Below, piece by piece: positions 1 through 8,167 of a DNA stretch of 45,459 bases. Where the stretch lies: NCBI GenBank assembly GCA_035533535.1, contig DATLTP010000107.1, positions 1 through 45,459 on the forward strand. Reading direction: 5' to 3'. Under the pieces are notes generated by a model. The model was not told the origin of the DNA. It was given only the letters and a program-made list of their open reading frames with translations, and searched no databases. Within the stretch, counting starts at the first letter, position 1. Every line of letters begins with the position of its first letter. Source of the stretch: Bacillota bacterium. GTDB taxonomy: Bacteria; Bacillota; Sulfobacillia; RBS10-35; JAJYVM01. The translations under genes were made by a program, and so were the position numbers.

Positions 1-78
1 CAGTGCGGCGCGGTCGGTGGCCACATGGTGCGCAAGATGATCGAGCTGGCCGAGCAGCAGATGGCTCAGCAGCGCTAA
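1..78 (+). CDS. 3' end of an unidentified CDS entering from upstream of the window
   Basis: Frame 1 is open from base 1 and reads ...QCGAVGGHMVRKMIELAEQQMAQQR, then TAA at 76-78. Too short to name. Confidence 0.35.
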   Translation, partial: QCGAVGGHMVRKMIELAEQQMAQQR

Positions 79-99
79 TCGTGCCGGTGTGTTTGGTGG

Positions 100-125
100 G
101 CGCCGCCCTGTGGCGGCGCTCATTC
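100..125 (+). terminator. possible stem-loop terminator after the partial CDS
   Basis: GCGCCGCC-ctgt-GGCGGCGC hairpin at 100-119. The trailing sequence is T-poor, so this is weak. Confidence 0.3.
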
Positions 126-231
126 CGCTTGTTCCGGTGCACATCACCGTCAACCTCAGCGACTGCCGGCTGCCCGGCGGTCATGATGGCGCCGGACGAC
201 GGGCGGCGCGCGTCCGCGCCCCGCCCCCCAA

Positions 232-768
232 TCAGTCGCTGGCCTGGCCCTTGGCCGCCCCGTCGGAAATGTTGGGGTCGTCCTTGATCACGGTGCTGGC
301 GCCGGTCAGGCTCGTGCCGGACCCCGCCGAAACCGTGACGTCCACCTCCGCGGGCTGCGTCGTGCTGGCGATGATGTCGTACACGAAGTGAACCACGCCG
401 GTGGCGTAGTCCGGGTGGACGGCCGCGCCCGTGGTCGCGCCGGGCGCGAGCCCGTTGGCCGCGACCTGGAAGACCACCCCGCACTTGCGCGGCCCGCGCC
501 GCTTCTTGACGATCGCCGTGGCCGTGCTGGCGCAGGAGGTGCCTCTGGCCGTGACGGCTGCAAGCGCCGAGGTTCCCGCGGGGATCGTGCAGGAGACGGT
601 GAACCCACCGACGGCGTAAACCTGGCCGCTGTTGCAGGTGATGGCGGTCGCCGGGGCCGGGGCGGCCGCTGCGGGGGTGGCGGCGCCGGCGAAGGCACCG
701 GCCGCCAGCACGGCGGCCATGAGCAGCGACTTGGCGCGGACCTGTGACAGCAACGGGACGTTGCGCAT
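232..768 (-). CDS. secreted hypothetical protein (signal peptide)
   Basis: ATG at 768 is preceded by GGGAGGGG. The N-terminus MRNVPLLSQVRAKSLLMAAVLAAGAFAGAATPAAAAP looks like a signal peptide. The upstream part of ORF 232..909 is taken as a non-coding extension. Confidence 0.55.
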   Translation of the reverse strand: MRNVPLLSQVRAKSLLMAAVLAAGAFAGAATPAAAAPAPATAITCNSGQVYAVGGFTVSCTIPAGTSALAAVTARGTSCASTATAIVKKRRGPRKCGVVFQVAANGLAPGATTGAAVHPDYATGVVHFVYDIIASTTQPAEVDVTVSAGSGTSLTGASTVIKDDPNISDGAAKGQASD

Positions 769-845
769 ACGATCCCCTCCCCAAGATGGGTTCAGATCGG
801 CGCACCTTCGGCAGGGTGTGTCCTGTTCCTGCGTGCGGGCCATGC

Positions 846-1160
846 TCAGCGAGGGGCGGCGGTCAGCCCGTACGTCGCAGGCTTCGTGGCAACGGATACC
901 GCTTGCCAAGTATCCAGACCGTCCGCGGTGAACCCGAGAACCGGTTCATGTGGCGCCGGCAGCTCCTCCGTTGTTCCGTCCTGTCGGACGACCGCGGCCC
1001 AAGGCACATCGCCCGGTGCGGTCGCTGTTACCGCCAGAACGCCCTGGCCGGGTATCCACGCAAGTTGATGCCCGCTCCCGGACCTTTCCAACGTGGCGAC
1101 GTGGCCGGGCTGCCAGATCGTCACGCCGGGGAAGGCGGCAATGGCGAGGATCCGTCTCAA
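846..1160 (-). CDS. hypothetical protein
   Basis: 104-aa ORF with a TTG start at 1160 and GGGGGTGA 6 nt upstream. No recognisable motifs. Confidence 0.35.
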   Translation of the reverse strand: MRRILAIAAFPGVTIWQPGHVATLERSGSGHQLAWIPGQGVLAVTATAPGDVPWAAVVRQDGTTEELPAPHEPVLGFTADGLDTWQAVSVATKPATYGLTAAPR

Positions 1161-1321
1161 GGCCGTTCACCCCCGACCGTCAGGGTAACTACCAGAGCCC
1201 TCTCGCGCTATCGGCCATTCAGAGGACGCCCCCATTGGCGGGCAGGGCTGCGTGCGCGCGCTGCGGGTCGACAGCCCAAGCTTTTCACCCACATGAATGA
1301 CCGGTCGCGCACATGAGCGTT

Positions 1322-1330
1322 TGCTATAAT
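1322..1330 (+). promoter_or_regulatory. extended -10 element (TGcTATAAT) upstream of hom
   Basis: Perfect TATAAT at 1325-1330 with TG at 1322-1323, about 33 nt upstream of the hom start. No good -35 seen. Confidence 0.4.
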
Positions 1331-1362
1331 AACCTCCGACTTTTCTCGCGGGGGGTGCCGGC

Positions 1363-2640
1363 TTGCAGCCTGTCCGAGTCGCCATGCTTGGTTGCGGAAC
1401 CGTGGGGACGGGCGTGCTCGCCCTCCTTGCCGACAACCGCGAGGCCATCACAGCCAAGGCGGGCCGGCCCATCGCCATCGGCCCGATCGTGGTCCGCGAC
1501 CTCAAGAAGGAGCGGCCGCCCATTGTGCCCCGCGACCAGCTGACGCGCCGCTTCGAGGATGTCCTCGACGCCGACGTCGTCATCGAGGTTGTCGGCGGCA
1601 TGAAGCCCGCCCGCGACTGGATCGTTCAGGCCCTGACGGCCGGCCGGCCCGTTGTCACCGCCAACAAGGACGTGATGGCGGAGCACGGGGTCGAGGTGGC
1701 GGCAGCGGCCCGCGCGGGCGGCGTCGACGTCTTCTTCGAGGCCGCCGTCGGCGGCGGCATCCCCATCATCCGCTCGCTGAAAGAGAGCCTGGCGGGCACC
1801 CGCGTGCGGCGGATCGCCGGCATCCTCAACGGCACGACCAATTACATCCTCACCCGCATGTCCGAGGCGGGCACGGATCTGAAGGCCGCAATCGCCGAGG
1901 CCCAGGCCGCGGGGTTCGCCGAGGCCGACCCGCGCGCCGACCTCGACGGGCTGGACGCGGCCCGCAAGCTGGCCATCCTGGCCTCCATCGCCTTCTCGGC
2001 CCGCGTGCTGCCGGCCGATGTGGCCGTGGAGGGCATCGGCGGGCTGCAGGCGCACGACATCGAGAACGGCAAGCGCCTGGGCTGGGCCTGCAAGCTGCTG
2101 GCCGTGGCGGAGCAGGTGGACGGCCGCATCGCGCTGCGCGTCCATCCAGCGTTCGTCGACAAGAGCCACCCCCTGGCCAGCGTGCGCGAGAGCTACAACG
2201 CCATCTACCTGCAGGGCGACGCCATCGGCGATGCCATGTTCTACGGGCGCGGCGCGGGCAGCCTGCCGACGGCCAGCGCCGTCATGGGCGACCTGATCGA
2301 GGCGGTCCGCTTCCTGGGGCAGCCGACCCGCGGCCTGCAGCCCTCCGAGGGTCGTCCCGACTTCCTGCCGCCGGGAGAGTCCGTCTCCCGCTTCTACCTG
2401 CGCATGCAGGCCCTGGACCGTCCGGGCGTCCTGGCCCAGGTGGCCGCGGTCCTCGGCCGCTACGGCGTCAACATCCACTCCGTGCTGCAGACGCCCGAGG
2501 GCGAGCGTTCCGCCGAGCTCGTCGTGCGCACGCACGCCGTCCGGGAATCCAGCATCACCAACGCCCTGACCGAGTTGGGGCGCCTGGAGGCCGTGGCAGG
2601 GGTGCGCGCGTGCATCCGCCTGCAGCCGGACGGGCTGTGA
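1363..2640 (+). CDS. hom: homoserine dehydrogenase
   Basis: N-terminal Rossmann motif VAMLGCGTVGTGV, central homoserine dehydrogenase-type region (ANKD...FEAAVGGGIPII) and a C-terminal ACT-like region. TTG start with GGGGGGTG upstream. Confidence 0.9.
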   Translation: MQPVRVAMLGCGTVGTGVLALLADNREAITAKAGRPIAIGPIVVRDLKKERPPIVPRDQLTRRFEDVLDADVVIEVVGGMKPARDWIVQALTAGRPVVTANKDVMAEHGVEVAAAARAGGVDVFFEAAVGGGIPIIRSLKESLAGTRVRRIAGILNGTTNYILTRMSEAGTDLKAAIAEAQAAGFAEADPRADLDGLDAARKLAILASIAFSARVLPADVAVEGIGGLQAHDIENGKRLGWACKLLAVAEQVDGRIALRVHPAFVDKSHPLASVRESYNAIYLQGDAIGDAMFYGRGAGSLPTASAVMGDLIEAVRFLGQPTRGLQPSEGRPDFLPPGESVSRFYLRMQALDRPGVLAQVAAVLGRYGVNIHSVLQTPEGERSAELVVRTHAVRESSITNALTELGRLEAVAGVRACIRLQPDGL

Positions 2641-3842
2641 TCGTCCAGAAGTACGGCGGCAGCTCTGTCGCCACCGCCGAACGGATCGCGCGGGTGGCCG
2701 AGCGCGTGGCGGCGACTGCCCGGAGCTCGCCCGTCGCCGTGGTGGTCTCGGCCATGGGCGACACGACCGACGACCTGCTGGGCCTTCTCCGGCAGCTCAA
2801 CCCGGATCCGCCCGCCCGCGAGGTCGACATGCTGTTGGCGGCCGGCGAGCAGATTTCGGCCGCCCTGCTGGCCGCCGCTCTGCACGCCCGCGGGGTGCCG
2901 GCCAAGGCCCTGCTGGGCTGGCAGGCGGGCCTGCACACGGATGGCGTCCACCGCAAGGCGCGCATCGCCGGTGTCGACCCCACCCGGGTCCGCGCGGTGC
3001 TGGCTGAAGGGGCCGTCCCAGTCGTGGCGGGCTTCCAGGGCCTGCACGCCGGGGAGATCACCACCCTGGGCCGGGGCGGCTCGGACACGACTGCCGTGGC
3101 CCTGGCGGCGGCCTTGGGCTGCCCGCGCTGCGAGATATACAGCGACGTGGACGGCGTCTACACGGCGGACCCGCGGGTGGTGCCTTCAGCCCGCCGCCTG
3201 GAATCCGTCTCCTACGATGAGATGATGGAGTTGGCCTACCTGGGCGCCCAGGTGCTGCAGATCCGCGCCGTCGAGCTGGCGGAAGCCCAGCGCCTGGTCA
3301 TCGTGGCCCGCTCGACCTTCACCGACGGCCCGGGCACGGAGATCCGGGAGGTGGGCCCCACGGAGAGCGAGATGACGGTCCGCGGCGTCGCCCACACGAC
3401 CCACATCGCGAAGGTCACGATCCGCGGCGTCCCGGACCGGCCGGGGTTCGCCCACCGCCTGTTCGCCTCCCTGGCCGGCCACGGCGTCAACGTGGACACC
3501 ATCGTGCAGAGCGCCCCCCGCGAAGGCCGGAGCGATATCGTCTTCACCGTCTCGAGCGACGATTTGCCGCGCACCATCGAGGTCGCCCGCGAAGCCGCCG
3601 CGGAAGTGGGTGCAGAAGGGGCTGACGCCGACGAGGGGGTCGCCACCGTATCGGTGGTCGGCGCCGGCATGGTCACCCGTCCGGGCGTCGCCGCCACGAT
3701 GTTCGGCGCCCTGGCCGATGCCGGCATCAACATCCAGGCGATCACGACCTCGGAGATCAAAATCACGTGCCTGGTGCGCGAATCCGACGTGGTCGCCGCC
3801 GCTCGGGCCGTGCACGCCGCCTTTGGGCTGGACCGGGCCTGA
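2637..3842 (+). CDS. lysC: aspartate kinase
   Basis: VIVQKYGGSSVA... kinase motif, ...TLGRGGSDTTAVALAA..., and two C-terminal ACT-like repeats. The GTG start overlaps the hom stop (GTGA). The upstream part of ORF 1392..3842 is a shadow of hom. Confidence 0.9.
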   Translation: MIVQKYGGSSVATAERIARVAERVAATARSSPVAVVVSAMGDTTDDLLGLLRQLNPDPPAREVDMLLAAGEQISAALLAAALHARGVPAKALLGWQAGLHTDGVHRKARIAGVDPTRVRAVLAEGAVPVVAGFQGLHAGEITTLGRGGSDTTAVALAAALGCPRCEIYSDVDGVYTADPRVVPSARRLESVSYDEMMELAYLGAQVLQIRAVELAEAQRLVIVARSTFTDGPGTEIREVGPTESEMTVRGVAHTTHIAKVTIRGVPDRPGFAHRLFASLAGHGVNVDTIVQSAPREGRSDIVFTVSSDDLPRTIEVAREAAAEVGAEGADADEGVATVSVVGAGMVTRPGVAATMFGALADAGINIQAITTSEIKITCLVRESDVVAAARAVHAAFGLDRA

Positions 3843-3898
3843 AGGGCGTTCGTGCCGCGACCGCGTGCGCGGTCGCGGACATGACGGTTCCGGAGGCC

Positions 3899-3927
3899 TT
3901 GACGCTCTCGGCAGCACTTGCTAAGAT
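3899..3927 (+). promoter_or_regulatory. sigma-70-type promoter for the riboswitch-led operon
   Basis: TTGACG (3899-3904), 17-nt spacer, TAAGAT (3922-3927), about 28 nt upstream of the riboswitch P1 helix. Confidence 0.5.
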
Positions 3928-3954
3928 CGGCGTGATCCGCCAACTGCATATGCG

Positions 3955-4067
3955 CTCATCGAGAGAGGTGGAGGGACTGGCCCGATGAAACCCGGCAACC
4001 GGTTCCGCGCGGGATTTTCGCGCGGCACGCGGTGCCAATTCCGACAGGCATTGGCCTGAAAGATGAG
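3955..4067 (+). promoter_or_regulatory. SAM-I (S-box) riboswitch aptamer
   Basis: CTCATCgAGAGAGGTGGAGGGACTGGCCCGATGAAACCCGGCAACC...GGTGCCAATTCC...aaaGATGAG matches the S-box core. The P1 helix is CTCATC/GATGAG. Confidence 0.85.
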
Positions 4068-4082
4068 AGGAACGCTCGCGCA

Positions 4083-4112
4083 AAGCCTCTTCCTCGTGAA
4101 GTGGCTTTTTTT
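4083..4112 (+). terminator. riboswitch expression-platform terminator
   Basis: AAGCCTCTTC-ctcgt-GAAGTGGCTT hairpin followed by T7 (TTTTTTTC), just before the ThrC-like start. Confidence 0.7.
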
Positions 4113-4135
4113 CTTTGTCCGAGGGGGGTCTCCGG

Positions 4136-5368
4136 ATGTCGTACCTGCAGGGTCTCCGCTGCCAGCGCTGCGGCCACACGCTCGCCCCGGCGCCCGTACA
4201 TATCTGCCCCGAGTGCCTGGGGCCGCTGGAGCTGGTGTACGACTACACTGCCATGAAGGCCACGCTCAGCCGCGACGCCGTCGAGGCCGGCCCCCCCTCG
4301 ATGTGGCGCTACCGTTCGCTTTTGCCCGTCGGCGATGCCCCCGTGGTCGACCTCGGCACGGGGCTGACGCCGCTTTTGCGGGCCGACAACCTGGCCAAGG
4401 CCCTGGGCCTCCGCAACGTCTACATCAAGAACGACGCCGTCAACCCGACGTCCTCGTTCAAGGACCGCCCCGTTGGCGTCGCAGCCACCGTGGCGCGGAG
4501 CTTCGGCCTCGACACGCTGGCGTGCGCCTCCACGGGCAACCTGGCCGCATCCGTGGCTGCCCACGCCGCCCGCGCCGGCATGCGCTCGGTGATCTTCATC
4601 CCCGAGGACCTCGAGCAGGCCAAGATCATCGGCACGGCCGTCTTCGGCACCAACCTCATCGCGGTGAAGGGCAACTACGATGCCGTCAACCGCCTCTGCG
4701 CCGAGGCCGTCGACGCCTACGGCTGGGCCTTTGTGAACATCAACCTGCGCCCGTTTTACGGCGAGGGCAGCAAGACCCTGGCCTACGAGACGGCCGAGCA
4801 GCTCGGCTGGCGGGCGCCCGACCACGTGGTGGCCCCCATCGCCGGCGGCTCCGTGCTGACGCGCATCACGGCCGGCTTCGAGGAGCTGCAGCGCCTGGGC
4901 TGGATCCCCGAGACCAAGGTGCGGGTCTCCGGCGCGCAGGCCGCGGGCTGCAACCCCGTTGCCCGCGCGTTCCAGGCGGGCGCCGACCGCGTCCAGCCGG
5001 TGCGGCCCAATACGATCGCCAAGTCCCTGGCCATCGGCGACCCGGCCGACGGCGGCCTCGCCCTCAACGCCATCCGCCGCACGGGCGGCTCCTGCGGCGA
5101 CGCCACCGACCCCGAGATCGTGGAGGGCATGCGCCTGCTGGCGGAGACGGAGGGCGTCTTCACCGAGACGGCCGGCGGCGTGACGGTGGCCGTGGCCAAG
5201 AAGCTGGCCCAGTCGGGCGTGCTCCGTCCCGATGAGACCGTCGTCATCTACATCACGGGCAACGGCCTGAAGACGCTGGAGGCCCTTGGCGCCAGCTGCG
5301 GCCCGTCGGCCACCATCGCGCCGCGCCTCGAGGAGATCGACCGCGTGCTGGGCAGCGCCGCGGCGTAG
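4136..5368 (+). CDS. threonine synthase family PLP enzyme with N-terminal zinc ribbon (ThrC-like; candidate MetM-type homocysteine synthase)
   Basis: N-terminal CxxC...CxxC (CQRCGH...CPEC). PLP-lysine motif NPTSSFKDRP and ASTGN, typical of the ThrC fold. ATG 4136 has GAGGGGGG upstream. The TTG at 4115 lies inside the terminator T-run and is rejected. Confidence 0.8.
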   Translation: MSYLQGLRCQRCGHTLAPAPVHICPECLGPLELVYDYTAMKATLSRDAVEAGPPSMWRYRSLLPVGDAPVVDLGTGLTPLLRADNLAKALGLRNVYIKNDAVNPTSSFKDRPVGVAATVARSFGLDTLACASTGNLAASVAAHAARAGMRSVIFIPEDLEQAKIIGTAVFGTNLIAVKGNYDAVNRLCAEAVDAYGWAFVNINLRPFYGEGSKTLAYETAEQLGWRAPDHVVAPIAGGSVLTRITAGFEELQRLGWIPETKVRVSGAQAAGCNPVARAFQAGADRVQPVRPNTIAKSLAIGDPADGGLALNAIRRTGGSCGDATDPEIVEGMRLLAETEGVFTETAGGVTVAVAKKLAQSGVLRPDETVVIYITGNGLKTLEALGASCGPSATIAPRLEEIDRVLGSAAA

Positions 5369-5390
5369 CCCGCCGGGAGGAGTTTTTAAC

Positions 5391-5678
5391 TTGGCAACCG
5401 TGACCGCTGTGCGCATTCGCATCCCCGCACCGCTGCGCCCCCTGACGGGCGGCCAGGGCGAGGTGACGTCCGACCCGGGCAGCCTCAAGGACGTGATCGC
5501 GGCCCTCGACGTCGCCTACCCCGGCCTCAAGGACCGCATCCTGGAGCCGGAAGGCCGCGTGCGCGAGTTCGTGAACATCTTCGTCAACGAAGAGGACGTC
5601 CGCTTCCTGCAGGGCCCGGAGACCGAGCTCCGCGCCGGGGACCGGGTCTCGATCCTGCCCGCCGTGGCAGGTGGCTAG
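5391..5678 (+). CDS. MoaD/ThiS-family sulfur-carrier protein (C-terminal GG)
   Basis: 95 aa ending ...ILPAVAGG. TTG start 6 nt after GGAGGAG. Ubiquitin-like carrier size and terminus. Confidence 0.75.
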   Translation: MATVTAVRIRIPAPLRPLTGGQGEVTSDPGSLKDVIAALDVAYPGLKDRILEPEGRVREFVNIFVNEEDVRFLQGPETELRAGDRVSILPAVAGG

Positions 5679-6258
5679 GATCATCCTGCGCAGTGCTGGC
5701 CCGCATGACGCGGCGGCCATCGCCGCGCCGCGGACAGCTGGCGCAGGAACTACCGCGGCGCATACTCGGACGCTTACCTCGACGGAGATATTGTCGTCGA
5801 CCGCCTGATTTTCTGGACGGCGCGCCTGTCGCGGCCATCTGCCGACGCGCGCATTGTCGTCGCGGAAGACGGCGGCGAGGTGGTGGGCTTCGTGCATGTC
5901 ATCCTGCACGAGGATCCCACCTGGGGCGCCCTCCTCGATAACCTGCACGTGCGCCATGACCGGGCGCGGCAGGGCATCGGCACGGCGCTGGTCGGCGAGG
6001 TCGCGCGGGCGGCCGACGGTCCCCTCTATATGTCCCCGCGTGCGCGCGGGAGGAACCCGCGCTTACCATCTGTGGGTGCAGGAGCAGAACACGCGAGCGC
6101 AGGCGTTCTACACGGCGCTTGGTGGGCGGTGCGTGGAGCGAGCGCCCGTCTCGCCGCCGGGCGGCGATCCCAGCCGGATCGCCGGCTCACCCATGATGCT
6201 GCGCTGTTGTTGGGGGGATGGGCGCGGCGTAGGCCGCGCCCGCACGGTGTATAGTTGA
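5671..6258 (+). pseudogene. GNAT-family N-acetyltransferase, apparently disrupted by two frameshifts
   Basis: GNAT-like sequence is split over three frames. Segment 1 is (M)ARIILRSAGPHDAAAIAA (frame 1). Segment 2 is SWRRNYRGAYSDAYLDG...VVGFVHV...LHVRHDRARQGIGTALV (frame 0). Segment 3 is AYHLWVQEQNTRAQAFYTALGGRCVERAPV (frame 1). Switch points are near 5727 and 6015-6055. Confidence 0.6.
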
Positions 6259-6265
6259 CGTTACC

Positions 6266-6730
6266 ATGGCCGAGAATGACCGCCACCTGGTCGAAAACCG
6301 CCGCGCGCGGCATGACTACTTCATCGAGGAGACGGTTGAGGCGGGCATCGCCCTGACCGGCACCGAGGTGAAGTCGCTGCGCGCTGGGCAGGGCAGCCTG
6401 CAGGAGGCGTACGCGCGCATCGATCGCGGCGAGGCCTGGCTCATGGGCATGCACATTCCGCCCTACTCCCAGGGCAACCGCTGGAACCACGACCCCGTGC
6501 GGCCGCGAAAGCTCCTGCTGCACCGCCGCGAGATCCTTGGCCTGCTGCAGACCGTGCGCAGCAAGGGCTACACGCTCGTGCCGCTGCGCCTGTACCTCAA
6601 GCACGGGCGGGTCAAGCTCGAGCTGGCGCTGGCCCGCGGCAAGCACAGCTATGACAAGCGCGAGACCATCGCGGCGCGGGATGCGGCACGGGCCATCGAC
6701 CGGGCGGTGAAGGAGCGGTTGCAGCGATGA
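6266..6730 (+). CDS. smpB: SsrA-binding protein SmpB
   Basis: ENRRARHDYFIEE..EAGI.L.GTEVKSLR...L.....Y..GN..NHDP.R.RKLLLHRREI: canonical SmpB sequence. Confidence 0.95.
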   Translation: MAENDRHLVENRRARHDYFIEETVEAGIALTGTEVKSLRAGQGSLQEAYARIDRGEAWLMGMHIPPYSQGNRWNHDPVRPRKLLLHRREILGLLQTVRSKGYTLVPLRLYLKHGRVKLELALARGKHSYDKRETIAARDAARAIDRAVKERLQR

Positions 6731-7350
6731 CGGCGGCCGTGCTGTTTGACGTGGGCAACACGCTGCTGCATCTGGACTATGCCTGGGTCGCCGAGCACTT
6801 CGGGCGGCCCCTGCATGAGGTGCGCGCCGCTGAAATGTCGGTGCGCCAAGGGCTGAAGGGGCACAGCGGCAACTACTTCCTGGATGTGGCGGGGCGGCTG
6901 GGCCTGCCGCCCGGGAGCGGCCACGCGGTGCTCGTCGAGCACGACCGCCGGCCCGAGGGGCTGTGGTGCGTGCCGGATCCGGATGCGGTGCCCGTTCTGT
7001 GCGAGCTGGGACAGCGTGGCGTGCGGCTGGGCGTCATTTCGAACGCGGACGGCCGGGTGCGCAAGCAGCTCGAGATGGCGGGTCTGGCATCGTACTTCGC
7101 AGTCATCGTCGACTCCGCCGAGGTGGGCATGTCCAAGCCCGAGCCGGGTATCTTTCAGGTGGCGGCGGAACGGCTGGGCGTGGCGCCGGCCGACTGCATC
7201 TATGTCGGCGACATTTACCAAATCGACGTGCTCGGCGCCCAGGCGGCCGGCATGCGGGCATTGTGGCTCGCCGATGCGAGCCACAATGCCCCTGAGCGGA
7301 TCGACCGCCTCTCTGATATACTTGACCGTGCGGACTTTGGGGGTGCGTAG
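6727..7350 (+). CDS. HAD-family hydrolase
   Basis: DVGNTL motif I at the N-terminus, ...SNADG..., ...KPEPGIF..., ...YVGD. The start overlaps the smpB stop (ATGA). Confidence 0.8.
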   Translation: MTAAVLFDVGNTLLHLDYAWVAEHFGRPLHEVRAAEMSVRQGLKGHSGNYFLDVAGRLGLPPGSGHAVLVEHDRRPEGLWCVPDPDAVPVLCELGQRGVRLGVISNADGRVRKQLEMAGLASYFAVIVDSAEVGMSKPEPGIFQVAAERLGVAPADCIYVGDIYQIDVLGAQAAGMRALWLADASHNAPERIDRLSDILDRADFGGA

Positions 7351-7690
7351 GCTCGACGGGGGCTGCGGTTGGCGTGTGTCGCAGGCCGAGCGTCCACGAC
7401 TCGTTAAACAGTGGAACAACTGTTATCTGCCAATGAACCAGCTCTACTAGCCGCCTAAGAACCGGCTAACGCCGCCGGGCTAAGCCCACGAGTCTGGATG
7501 GCGTTTAACTAAGTGGGCTTGGCCGCCGCCTCGCCGTCTGAGGGGCGTCGGCGACACAATCAGACTGGCCGCGGCCGCATCCCGTCCTCGGGAGTCGGCC
7601 GCAGCGAGATTCAAATCGAGGAACAAGCCTGTAGAAGCGCACGTGGACCGGCTTTCGGACGGGAGGGGCAGCTCCTCCCCACCTCCACCA
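7339..7690 (+). ncRNA. ssrA: tmRNA (ssrA), 352 nt, tag reading frame ...ANEPALLAA-stop
   Basis: 5' GGGGGTGCGTAGGCTCGACGGGG pairs with 3' CACCTCC-ACCA, including a G3-U pair. The tag ORF is GCC AAT GAA CCA GCT CTA CTA GCC GCC TAA at 7429-7458. It sits downstream of smpB and is followed by a hairpin. Confidence 0.85.
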
Positions 7691-7702
7691 ATTTTGCGGG
7701 AG

Positions 7703-7734
7703 AAATGGCCCGCCGGCATGCCGGCGGGCCATTT
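7703..7734 (+). terminator. perfect 14-bp stem-loop after ssrA
   Basis: AAATGGCCCGCCGG-catg-CCGGCGGGCCATTT. Only a short T-run follows. Confidence 0.55.
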
Positions 7735-7822
7735 GTCGGTACGCCCGGCGTGGGCAAGTGACCTGGGGGTGAAATACCCTGCGGGACCTGACCGCGGTAA
7801 CCGCAAGCCAATGGCGGAACTC

Positions 7823-7858
7823 AAAAAACACGCCGTCCAGCCGCGATACGTGGACGGC
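7823..7858 (-). terminator. intrinsic terminator closing the minus-strand ATPase/helicase operon
   Basis: On the minus strand: GCCGTCCA-cgtatcgcggc-TGGACGGC followed by GTGTTTTTTGA. Confidence 0.65.
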
Positions 7859-8167
7859 CAGCGGTTGATGAGGCGGATGCCCGTGCGGCGTTCGGGGGGC
7901 GCGAGACGCGCTGCGCGAAGTTTGCGCCATCGTGGGCGCGCAGCCACCGGCCAGCCGTATGTTCCACCTTGCGACCTGTCCATTTCCGGGCCGGCCACAG
8001 CTCGCCGCAACCTCCGCCTTGTCGACCATCGCCGACGGCCCAGGCGGCGACCAGCGCCGCTATGGCGATGTGGATCTGCATCCGGGTATGGCGGATCTGC
8101 GGACCGAAGGTCGTCCGTCCGAGGGTCCACCCGTTCCAATCGCCGCGTCCGCACAGCTCGTGGTCGC

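Noticed and set aside
3850-3880. Hairpin CCGCGACCGC-gt-GCGGTCGCGG after lysC as a terminator
   Set aside because: No T-run follows it. It may only be a stabilising stem-loop, and support is not strong enough to list it.
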